Assembly (NCBI GenBank): GCA_024626585.2
Contig: JANKJI020000004.1
Coordinates: 54,837,257-54,854,267, forward strand
Direction: 5' to 3'
DNA length: 17,011 bases
DNA from: Ginkgo biloba
Lineage: Eukaryota; Plantae; Ginkgophyta
Position 1 is the first letter of the stretch, and each line of letters opens with the position of its first letter. The notes beneath the pieces were generated by a model. The model was not told the origin of the DNA. It did no database searches and saw only the letters and a list, made by a program, of their open reading frames with translations. The position numbers were made by a program, and so were the translations under genes. Shown here one piece after another: positions 1 through 9,899 of the stretch.

Positions 1-283
1 AGAACTACTAATGCATAATAAATAGATTCATACATCATGAATTGCTAACACATGCCACAAATCTGGATAACTCTTTAACTGAGGAAAGAACTGAAAAACC
101 AAGTATATATTGATAGAAGAGAATTGTTGTACATTGCATGCCATGCTTTGCCTTCATAGGCGTTACAATAACTACATGTCTACGGGGTTCTAAACCTCAA
201 CAGAGGTGATGTTNNNNNNNNNNNNNNNNNNNNNNNNNNNNNNNNNNNNNNNNACTGAATGTTAAAAAACAAACTTAATTAAT

Positions 284-394
284 GCGACGAACAAGCCAAC
301 AAACGGTACTCAATCGCAACGAATGACATTATGTCGTTCGTTGCAAACGGATGAAGTCGTTTGTTGCAAACGATACAAAGTCATTCGCCGAACG
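284..394. repeat. Cluster of direct and inverted GTCGTTCGTTGC(AAACG) units; probable DNA-transposon (CACTA-like) subterminal repeats
   Basis: Direct copies at 333-349 and 356-372, degenerate copy at 380-394, inverted copy at 316-327. CpG-rich against an AT-rich background. Confidence 0.5.
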
Positions 395-565
395 AAATCT
401 GACAATTTTTTTGCATTTTTCCTACCAAATTTCGTGATCGCCAACCAACTTGTAAACAATGGGCCATCATCCATAATGGTAGGACTTGGAATTGACATTC
501 CCCTCGTTGGTTGGACCTGACCATGATCCAACAATTAATGCCAAAACCTGAAAAAGGCCCCCAAG

Positions 566-1860
566 GTGGATATTTCTATAGCATGTTGGAATTGTAATTG
601 GATGGTTTGGACAATGGTTGGTACCTTTTAGAATGTAATTAGAGGAGAGTCTTTTGTTTTTCTTACAAAGACCTATGTGGGCCTTAAGATCCCTTGCCAC
701 CTATCACAGGGTACACATGGATCTCAACATTCAAACAAGAAACTAGGAGATTTGGCAAGGTTTAAGGTTTTAGAGGCTTTGCCTCGTTCGTCATCACATA
801 CAGTCTTCAGTTTCTTTGGTTGTATCAAATTTCCATTCTCGATTTATGTGGCTAAAGATCAATAGATGTTCCCCTAGTAGTGATATCTTCATTGCAAATT
901 ACTACTTACCCCCAACATCATCTTATTTTGCCATACACATGGACAGCGATCCCTGCCATAATCTGTACCTGGAGATTCCATGCTATTCTACTCAGGTTGA
1001 TGTCATTTTATTGGGTAATTTTAATGCCCAAACAAGTTCCAAGCAAACACCTAGCCATGATTTACTTGTGGATAGTTTGTCTCTTTGAATTGGATCATGA
1101 GTGGTTTAGACTTTAGAGATTGTCAATTGATTCAAATGCTCTTGTCACATCATACAAGTGATATCTTCTTGGCCCTAGTGAGTGTCATGCCAGGTTTATT
1201 TTAAATGGACTTCCTAGGTTTCTAGGATCTAATGCTTCAACCTATTTCCTTCATAAAGGTGGGAACAACATCATAAAGTACATTCTTTCCATCCTTTTCC
1301 TCCAATCCCATATCCATGATCTACTTGCTTCCCCACAACTCCCGTTTGCCAAGAATGTTTTTTCATCCTTCACCCTAGCAAGCTCTACTCTCTTATCGCA
1401 TTCTTCAATCACTAACCAACAACATTCTATTGTTTATTATTGATTTTGAGTCTCTTTATAGTGATGTTTATAAGATGTCCATTCTTCAGATTCTCCCTAA
1501 GTTTTATTCCCTTTCTTTGATAACCCAAAAATCTGAGTTCCTCTACCAGATTCTTTGGAAGGCCACCAAGGAATCCCTTCTCCACCAAGTCCATCATTTT
1601 AAGCTCTTTCGTCCCCCAGGTCATTCTACTATGAACAAATGGTATGACAAACATTGTAAATTTCTCCATCACAAACTCAAACTTGATCTCACCCATGACC
1701 CGTCTCAAGCTCACAATACACGCACTAAGTATCAACATCTTCTCCGAATGAAGGAAAACTGGTCTCCTTCTTTGAGAAGAAAATAACTCCTTAGAGAGAT
1801 TAAAGACACACCAAAATAGTTTTAGAGGAAACTTTTGCATGATAAGTCTCCATGACATGT
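566..1860 (+). mobile_element. Degenerate LINE (non-LTR retrotransposon) ORF2: APE endonuclease plus linker, truncated before RT; antisense to host gene
   Basis: Manual translation across stops and frameshifts gives ordered APE motifs: ISIACWNCN, FVFLTKT (LTET-like), LPPITGYTW..GFRGFA (GSGGVA-like), FMWLKI..IFIANYYLPP, VILLGNFNA (GDFNA), RLSID..FILNG..GGNNIIKY. The linker then reads KWYDKHCK...TKYQHLLR...DTPK*F*RKL. Confidence 0.85.
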
Positions 1861-2218
1861 TGATGATCAACATGTTTGGACATCCCATGCATCCTCTCTC
1901 TATGATGTTCAAACCAAGTCCCTGTCTCAGTTATAACCCAACCCACCTCTTGCCAGGTCTTGCACTAACTACTTGTCCGTAAAGCTTTTTATATACTTTA
2001 AATTAGCAAAGTTGCAGACACAAAGGACCTNNNNNNNNNNNNNNNNNNNNNNNNNNNNNNNNNNNNNNNNNNNNNNNNNNNNNNNNNNNNNNNNNNNNNN
2101 NNNNNNNNNNNNNNNNNNNNNNNNNNNNNNGGGTGCACAGTGTATCCTACCTCTAGTTATAATGCATAAATACCATAAGAAGAGTACAAACACATTCATA
2201 AGACACTATACACGGATA

Positions 2219-3037
2219 TGTGGAAAACCATCCAAGTCATTATATTATAGATCATGTAGATGTACATGAAACCATGAAATCCCATTACATCATAATCATC
2301 ATCCCCCCCTTATTAGCTTATAAGCCTCATATATATACAATGTGCAAACAGTTACATAACCGTCGCAACAATTACAAAAGTCCCCGACTTGTGTCGATTG
2401 TTTCCCCCTAAGTCGGCAAGACGCTGTCAGTCCCCGACTTGCATCGGTGGATCAACTGATGTCGATGGGATCTACTGCTCTTTGGTGTTGATGTCGGCCC
2501 AGTCCTTTCCGACCTAGTCGGTGGCTTTTCCTTTGTCGGTGTCGAATCCTTTCTTTCCGATGCTCATCATAGCTCCTCTTCTGTCGGCGTCAATCAAGGC
2601 CATATCCAACATGCATCGAATTCTCCGTCCAACAACACTCCAACAGATCAGCAAACTTGTACAAAGATTCACAAAGGAAATGCTTCATGCCACAGTTGTG
2701 GCAGTTGAGAGAGGAGAAGGAGCCATGAGTGCCAATTCCACTATCTCAAGTAGCAAAATCAGTAAAACATAGATGAATTCTTCCAGACTGCATATGGAGT
2801 TTCCAATAGCCACAGCATGGAGATGGGACCCAATGGACTTGGGGGGAACAAAATTGGTCTCCTCAAGCCAGGCTACAAGGGAAAAGGACAATTTAGGAGT
2901 TTAATGCATGACCCCAATGTTTTAGTGCAAGCATATCTATGCTAGGGCAGTTTGCTGTAAACTTCATCTAATAGTTATATGTCAATGTAGTAGTAGAGTG
3001 TAATTATTGTGCTAGACCCCTTTCCTCAAATCTAACA
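2219..3037 (-). mobile_element. Probable solo LTR
   Basis: Minus-strand termini TGTTAG...TCCACA, the same termini as the 15150-16091 LTR. TATA-like TATATATA at 2337-2330 with a CpG/CCGAC-rich region upstream. No clean TSD (gata/gtta only). Confidence 0.5.
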
Positions 3038-3277
3038 GTTAGATGGCAATGTAATAGTTTTACGATGGACAGTTACGGGAATATACAAATGCCTAAAATG
3101 GATCTCTAGGGAAGCAGTAATTATAGATGGCATCAGGCCTTTCGAAAGATGTAACTTGTCTTCCAAACTAACAGAATTATCTTTTGTTTTTGTCTGTAAA
3201 TTAAAAGAAGTATAATACTCCACACTTAATTGACTGAAGGTATGATTCACATACTTGAACATCCACATGACTAATAA

Positions 3278-4020
3278 CACAGCCATGAACACTGAAAGAC
3301 AGTTAACTGAATTACATCTAATAAGGTAGGAAATGCATACTTTTCAAATGAAGTTAGTGATGTTCAAGTAATAGCTGAGGGACAGCAAGAACAGCTAATA
3401 GATTGAAAGGAGATAAAACAAGCACAGACTGTCACAAGTGCATCTCATATATAAAGGAAATGGACTAGAAAATAAACATTTATAATAAAAGTAGCACATG
3501 GGAGATAAGAGCCCCCAGTCCTACCAGACCTTCCAAAATTTGCCTTTGTGCACTAAGAGGTTGACTTGAAGAAAGAGAATTTGAATATTGGCACTGCAAT
3601 AGCTTGTTTTGGATATATGAGCCCTCTCGGGAAAAGATTGAGCTTTCAGCAAGTTTAGCTGGCTTTCTCTGATAAGTAAGAAGTTGCCTAAAGTTGGTGC
3701 TAGTTTACAATTCTATACGAGATTTATACAAGTCACTGCTTTCAGATGCATGGCATTGTTGGTCTTATAAGGAAACTCCACAGCCACAAATGCTAAAAGA
3801 CAATTATTTCAACAACATAAAGAAGGTTGCAAATGCATTTTTTTTGACATGCAAGCTATTGACGTATATGTGACAGCAAGAGGCAGCGAGTGCAGCTCAT
3901 AAACGAAAAGAAGATGGGACAACATAGACTGTCACAAGTGCATCTCATCTATGGAATGAATACAATTTAGCAGATAAACATTTATAGTAAGGGTGGCGCA
4001 TGGGAGATAAAGAATCCCAC
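3278..4020 (+). repeat. Old local direct duplication, ~240-bp unit at ~500-bp period (3278-3517 vs 3779-4020)
   Basis: cagccatgaacactgaaagacagtta / cagccacaaatgctaaaagacaatta. agactgtcacaagtgcatctcat is identical at 3426 and 3926. ataaacatttata...catgggagataa occurs in both copies. Confidence 0.85.
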
Positions 4021-5094
4021 NNNNNNNNNNNNNNNNNNNNNNNNNNNNNNNNNNNNNNNNNNNNNNNNNNNNNNNNNNNNNNNNNNNNNNNNNNNNNNNN
4101 NNNNNNNNNNNNNNNNNNNNATTAAATGAAGGGTCATTTGATGAATAGGTATAATGAATCTATGAATAGGATGAAGAGACACCTCCTTTGACATTTTACA
4201 ATGTATATATAGGCCACTAGTTATTTATTTAAAGCATCATATATCTCATATTCAATATTTCTACTTTCTTCTACTCAGAAGAAAACCTATTCTACAATAG
4301 GTACTAGATGCTCCTAATTGGATGTTTATTCATGCTGGCAAGTTCCCTACAACCCATAAATTCTATAATGTTTAATATTATTTGATTAAAAAAAAAAAAA
4401 ATCATTATAAAATTGTTAAATTGTTCAACATCATTTAGTTGTTCCCTATTTGGTACAGAATAAGTGGTGTCAAAGTAGTTGTGATCCTAACTAGGGGTTA
4501 TACCAGTGGAATATATAGAAGAGTGTGTTTAACACTACAACCAAATTAAGATATGATTTAAAACTTAATTTGATGAAGTGGGCAATCCAAGCTTTTGCAT
4601 GTCCTTGAGACTTTTAAATACCAGAAGAACTGAATTAGAGTGTTGAATGTGAGAATTTCAAAGCAATACAAGAATTTTGGGGCAAAAGCCAAGAACAGTT
4701 CATAAAGCAATAAGTATAACCCTAGATTGATGGAATCAATATAGGAAATATATCAACCCGCATTGGTCCTAGAAAATGTGAAACTATTGCATCATTCCAC
4801 AGACTTAAGAACTAATGTGGATCAAGAGAATGAAAAAAGCCATTTTCAGTGGATTTTATAACAATTTTGCAGTTATTATGTTTTTAGACAATAGTCAAAC
4901 TGCAATCATGCCTCAGAAAAGAAACATTTAGCACTATCATTTAACAACAGTTAATCTTATTGAGTCGCATGTCACAGCCGGTACAAATTTCAAGGATGAG
5001 GCTTACAAAATACATATCCATCCCAAATGGATACAAGCAAATATAAATTTCATAATCCAAAGAGGATTAACTTCATAAATACAATAATGATTCG

Positions 5095-5470
5095 TCAAAG
5101 GTTGTGATATGAACTATAGACTTGATAGCTTGGTGATGGAACGCATCTCCTCCACCAGAAGGCTCTCTTGGCCTTTGGCCTTGCCTCTAGCCCACCATGG
5201 CTATGGCCCAGCCGGGGTAGGTTGCCCATAATCCAGCAGATTGCGATGAAGGAAGGGGATGACCTCTGGCTGTCCTGGATGATTTTGCTGGTGGTGTGGG
5301 AGACACTTTTGGACTTAGGAGACACGAGATGCCTTGGATAATACCATGGAACACATGTTTCTGTGACTTTTCCAGCATTCCCATGACTTTTGTGTTCTTT
5401 TTCATGGTTTACGGCAGCTAAGACCTTACCCTTTTGTTTCCAATGCTCCATGCATTGAAGGAAGTATGGT
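5095..5470 (+). mobile_element. Possible decayed L1 LINE fragment (region just downstream of RT)
   Basis: GC-richer island. The frame starting at 5122 reads LIAW*WNASPPPEGSLGLWP, resembling the plant L1 motif (L/V)AWxxxxxPxxEGGLG. Several stops. Confidence 0.4.
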
Positions 5471-5898
5471 ATTTCAAAGCTGCAACTGCAATGAGACTCA
5501 CATACACTACTATTTTCTCTTCTTGTTATCTTCCTAGTAACATAGAAAAACACATTCGAAACAATCACGAAAACTTAGCACTTTATGTCAATCTCTTTCC
5601 CTGAATTCATTTACTTATGACTCACAACCGAGTGCACAGGACCAAATTTAGTAANNNNNNNNNNNNNNNNNNNNNNNNNNNNNNNNNNNNNNNNNNNNNN
5701 NNNNNNNNNNNNNNNNNNNNNNNNNNNNNNNNNNNNNNNNNNNNNNNNNNNNNNNNNNNNNNNNNNNNNNNNNNNNNNNNNNNNNNNNNNNNNNNNNNNN
5801 NNNNNNNNNNNNNNNNNNNNNNNNNNNNNNNNNNNNNNNNNNNNNNNNNNNNNNNNNNNNNNNNNNNNNNNNNNNNNNNNNNNNNNNNNNNNNNNNNN

Positions 5899-5966
5899 GA
5901 ATAGAGATGTCTGCGCTGTGGCAATTGAGAACTAAGCCCATCAACCATGCCTGAAACTAACGGTAC
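5899..5966 (-). CDS. XPO1: Exportin-1 internal exon, 3' part lost in N gap 5655-5898: VPLVSGMVDGLSSQLPQRRHLY(S)...
   Basis: Matches XPO1 GMVDGLGSQ..QRRQLYS. Acceptor catgcAG at 5968-5967. Colinear with the preceding exons. Confidence 0.93.
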
Positions 5967-6974
5967 CTGCATGACTAAGAATTATAAGTAATGTGTTTAA
6001 TCCAAAGAGTTTATTTTTAAGCACGAGGAGCAAAAGGAAATTGAATAATTGTTTTCATGCATTTAGGAAAAGCAATCCTCTGTTTCACAGATACAAGTGC
6101 ATCAACTTGGCATTTCAATGAAAAAAGACTGAGCTAGACTGAAGCACTTATACTTGTCAGTATTCTCACCTTCTAATATACCGGTAAATTACAAAACTAA
6201 TAACTGATTTGTCAGCACTGGAGTTGAAGTTACAACAGTAAATTTGAAATTCCCGAGTAACAAACTATCAATGCCTAACAGAGGCAAACTTACATTCACC
6301 TCAACAGTGCAGAACAGTAGTTACATATTAATTGAAGAATGAACCATTAATTTATAAGTGGACACTCGCAATATTATAATGATTCCACTACAAATATCAA
6401 AATGTCATACAAGGATACTATCCACTACGTGCCTTCTTACATATATATGCATCGCCTAACAACACCCATCATTATAAGATAGCTGATTTTGGACAGCTAT
6501 AGTGGAGATAAAACACATAGTAACATAACTGAATGCATACATCAAAGAGAGACCGCTGCTATTTCTGATTTAATAGAGCTACCAATTCTTTGGAATATAG
6601 TTACTATAATAATTTGATGCTCTAGATGCTACTTCTTACTTCGACTGCATTTATATGTCTTTCAGTGTTAGCAAATAACCCTACCAACATTGCAGAAGGA
6701 TGAAGATAGTGACAGCCAGTATATGCCTGGCATACTCCTTCATTGAATCATTCCATTTTCCCTTCCCAAGAAATCACATTGGTCTTAAGTTCTTAACTAA
6801 CCTTTTCATTCATTAACCTTCAACAATTAGGAATATGAAAGCAAAAATGATGTCGCATTGATTAAACAGGGGCTGTGAGTTAAAAAGCTCAACAGTAACA
6901 AACAAAAATTGCAGGCAAATAAAATCCTAATCAAGCCAAACATACAATCAAAAATATCCTGAATTTCTAATTAC

Positions 6975-7073
6975 CGGAAGACCCATCATGTTGACAGAAG
7001 CAGCAGGATTATCAGAAACATTGTGAGCCTCAAAAAGCTCCAATACTAATGAGTTCCAGTAATCCAGGCAAAC
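6975..7073 (-). CDS. XPO1: Exportin-1 internal exon: VCLDYWNSLVLELFEAHNVSDNPAASVNMMGLP
   Basis: Conserved VCLDYWNSLVLELF motif. Acceptor ctgcAG, donor GTAATT. 99 nt, phase 0/0. Confidence 0.96.
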
Positions 7074-7879
7074 CTGCAGCAAGATCAGACACAAACAATT
7101 TTGCCTCAAATGTGACCCAAATAATNNNNNNNNNNNNNNNNNNNNNNNNNNNNNNNNNNNNNNNNNNNNNNNNNNNNNNNNNNNNNNNNNNNNNNNNNNN
7201 NNNNNNNNNNNNNNNNNNNNNNNNNNNNNNNNNNNNNNNNNNNNNNNNNNNNNNNNNNNNNNNNNNNNNNNNNNNNNNNNNNNNNNNNNNNNNNNNNNNN
7301 NNNNNNNNNNNNNNNNNNNNNNNNNNNNNNNNNNNNNNNNNNNNNNNNNNNNNNNNNNNNNNNNNNNNNNNNNNNNNNNNNNNNNNNNNNNNNNNNNNTA
7401 AATTGGGTTAAAGAAATCTATGGACTAGAAGAAAAGGAATATCACATAGAAAACTAAAACATTCATTAAGGCACAGGGTACATAATATCAGCAGTTGTAA
7501 CTGCAGAAGTATCACCATATACACATATATGATTCTGTAGACAAACAAAAACATGACGTAAAACATAGCAAAAAGACACTACATTTCCCAAATGTTACAT
7601 CACCTCTCCCATGCTTATCAAGTATTACTCATTGAACAACTCATTTCTCTTCACTATTGCAACGCCAAATAAAAAGGACCAAAACCATATCAGGCATGAA
7701 ACATGCAGCAACAAATACAATACAAGACAATTCACAGAGTGGTATTCATCCAGTCAGAGGCACATAAGTTTTTTATAGACCAAAAGCAATGAATCAATCC
7801 TACAGGCATACGTCATACACACCAAGATGAAACAAAAAAGACTAAAGCTACTTGGTTATAGTGCCATCAAAAAACATAC

Positions 7880-7924
7880 CTTGAAAAAAGAAGTGAAGAA
7901 TAGCGCCAAATTTTGAATAAATGC
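7880..7924 (-). CDS. XPO1: Exportin-1 internal exon: AFIQNLALFFTSFFK
   Basis: Identical to the conserved plant XPO1 peptide as I recall it. Acceptor ttttAG, donor GTATGT. 45 nt, phase 0/0. Confidence 0.96.
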
Positions 7925-8112
7925 CTAAAATACCAGCCAGCAGAAAAATATATATTATTCCATGTATTAATGCTATACTGATTTTATTAAATAAATGACA
8001 ATTCCACTAAACATCCTATAATATTTATCTTCACTAGAAATAAAAGCTGTTTGTTAGAAAAGCCCCAAAAAATAAATCACACCAGAAGCAAATACAGTAA
8101 ACAAGAGGATAC

Positions 8113-8175
8113 CTGGTCTTCACTTGTATCATTTGCATAGGCATCTGGGATATTTGCTCCAGGAGGAAGGATGTT
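8113..8175 (-). CDS. XPO1: Exportin-1 internal exon: NILPPGANIPDAYANDTSEDQ
   Basis: Matches the XPO1 segment ILPP...IPEAY...EEQ. Acceptor aatAG (8177-8176), donor GTATCC (8112). 63 nt, phase 0/0. Not shown in the ORF track. Confidence 0.93.
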
Positions 8176-9161
8176 CTATTGCCATCAATTATAAAAAAAG
8201 TTAAATAATTGCACAGAAGAAGTGGGCTACACATCTACATAAATCAATACTACAGATAAAGCAATTCGCAAATGGAAAATAATAAACTAACTTTCACATA
8301 CCATCGCATCTCTTTTACACTAACAAATCAATAATGTATTACTGATTTGCTATTAAAATTCAACCAATATATCCTTCTGACTTTCAATGACAATACAAAT
8401 ACAGTGAAATGAATACTCCTCCAGACTACTAAAATGAAAAACTAGAACAACGTCCTACTCAAGGTGCTTAAAGGTTTGGATCACATCCCAAAGGACAGTA
8501 TATTTGCAAAACTAACAATGGTAATATATTATATAAGATATTATATAAAATTGGCATGACCTAGGCATTTTAGCTAACTGATCTGATATGGTGACATTAA
8601 TGATGTCCACCTAGTTAAACACTCTCCCTTTCAAACTAACTTGATAAATTATATATATCATAGAGTTATATACATTTGTTATATCTCTCTCTCTAAATAC
8701 TTTACTCAATAGAGGTACTATATCTTTGTGTTATATTTCTAATTTCCTCATCTCATAATTAGGGTTTGAGACTTGCTCATTTAGAAAAGAATTAATTAAC
8801 TATATAACTTGAGGATAACTGTGGTAAAAAATTCCTGCTTTATCAAATGATAACTACTCTTCATGCACGAAAAATTATTATATTTTATGAAAGACTTCAT
8901 GAATTAAAGGGAAAAATACCTTACCCTCAAAGGTGTGCATCATTCTGCTATCAAGGTCAAATATTTTGGCCATCCATTCTATGATTTGCTAACAAGGCAT
9001 TACCTCTAGAATGGTGATTGCTTACACTAAGCCATATCTCCATATCATATATTCCTCTCTTNNNNNNNNNNNNNNNNNNNNNNNNNNNNNNNNNNNNNNN
9101 NNNNNNNNNNNNNNNNNNNNNNNNNNNNNNNNNNNNNNNNNNNNNNNNNNNNNNNNNNNNN

Positions 9162-9656
9162 AAAGTTTAGGAGTTTGCATGACCTAATCGCTAACTTGCA
9201 AACTATAGAGACAACAAGACACTTTTTCTTGCGGTCTAATGATGAGAAGAACACACTGTTCAACAATTTTGGCAAGTTTTTTGGCTTGTTTAAGAGACAC
9301 TAAATGGATATGATATGTGTTTCTGTCCTTTTGGAGGGTATAGACATTGGACCTACCATCATGAATAGTATTCCCATCAAACTAGAAAGGTCNNNNNNNN
9401 NNNNNNNNNNNNNNNNNNNNNNNNNNNNNNNNNNNNNNNNNNNNNNNNNNNNNNNNNNNNNNNNNNNNNNNTTAGCCACCTTAGCATTTTCTCCACCAAA
9501 AGAGATCCAACTAAGTATGTATGGTGAAGGATGTGAAGGAGTAGTAAGATAAAGACATTAAACCAACTATGTTGAGACTAGGTTCTTCATGCTCCCATTG
9601 TCAAAGATAAGGGTGACCAACTGTTCTTTCACTTGAGCTAGTTGTACAAACAACTT
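9162..9656 (-). mobile_element. Decayed Ty3/Gypsy pol fragment: aspartic protease and downstream region (CRM/chromovirus-like)
   Basis: Minus translation reads KLFVQLAQVKEQLVTLIFDNGSMKNLVST*LV*CLYLTTPSHPSPYILSWI..AKVA [79-N gap] PF*FDGNTIHDGRSNVYTLQKDRNTYHI. This fits the Gypsy pattern IIDxGSxxNLVS...HPxPYxLxW...GRPWQFD....HDGRxNxY. Catalytic DNGS at 9602-9591. Confidence 0.88.
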
Positions 9657-9760
9657 ATAAGAAGTCATACATTTCTACTTTGTAGATGTACATAATACTA
9701 AGACTCAATGATGGTCTAACACCAGCTGCTTTCAAATAAGAAAATTGTTGAGTGGCAAAC

Positions 9761-9899
9761 CAGAGGAGACTCGAAAATATAGCCCAAAGGAATCCAAGAT
9801 AAGAATGCATGAAGTGTTGCTAAAGTTGCCCTTATGAGCTCTGGTCTTTGAGATGCCGATAACACATAAAGGCATAATTCATGGATAAGCTGAAATTCA
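9761..9899 (-). CDS. XPO1: Exportin-1 (CRM1) internal exon: (S)EFQLIHELCLYVLSASQRPELIRATLATLHAFLSWIPLGYIFESPL
   Basis: Peptide closely matches the plant XPO1 segment I recall (EFKLIHELCLYVLSASQR..LIRATL..LHAYLSWIPLGYIFES). Acceptor tattgcAG at 9901-9900, donor GTttgc at 9760. Length 139 nt = 1 + 46 codons. Confidence 0.97.

Noticed and set aside
284-394. CRISPR-like repeat array
   Set aside because: Eukaryotic context, units in mixed orientation, spacers only ~6 bp, no cas genes.
1427-1912. 161-aa minus ORF
   Set aside because: Antisense shadow of the LINE ORF2 remnant.
3032-3292. Minus ORF containing TKTKDNSV, resembling XPO1 TKGKDNKAV
   Set aside because: Flanking residues do not match XPO1 (no RDLLNLCE or IASNIM); treated as coincidental.
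4388-4401. A14 tract as a retroposon tail
   Set aside because: No TSD or recognisable SINE/LINE body upstream.
5095-5568. 157-aa minus-strand ORF as a nested gene, or the island as a snoRNA/ncRNA
   Set aside because: No recognisable domain, C/D box pair or Pol III promoter. The opposite strand better fits a decayed L1 fragment.
7126-7398. Expected XPO1 exon (HIRVLE...YVDDTEVFK) not visible
   Set aside because: The 273-N gap is in the right place and large enough to hold it, so its absence is not anomalous.
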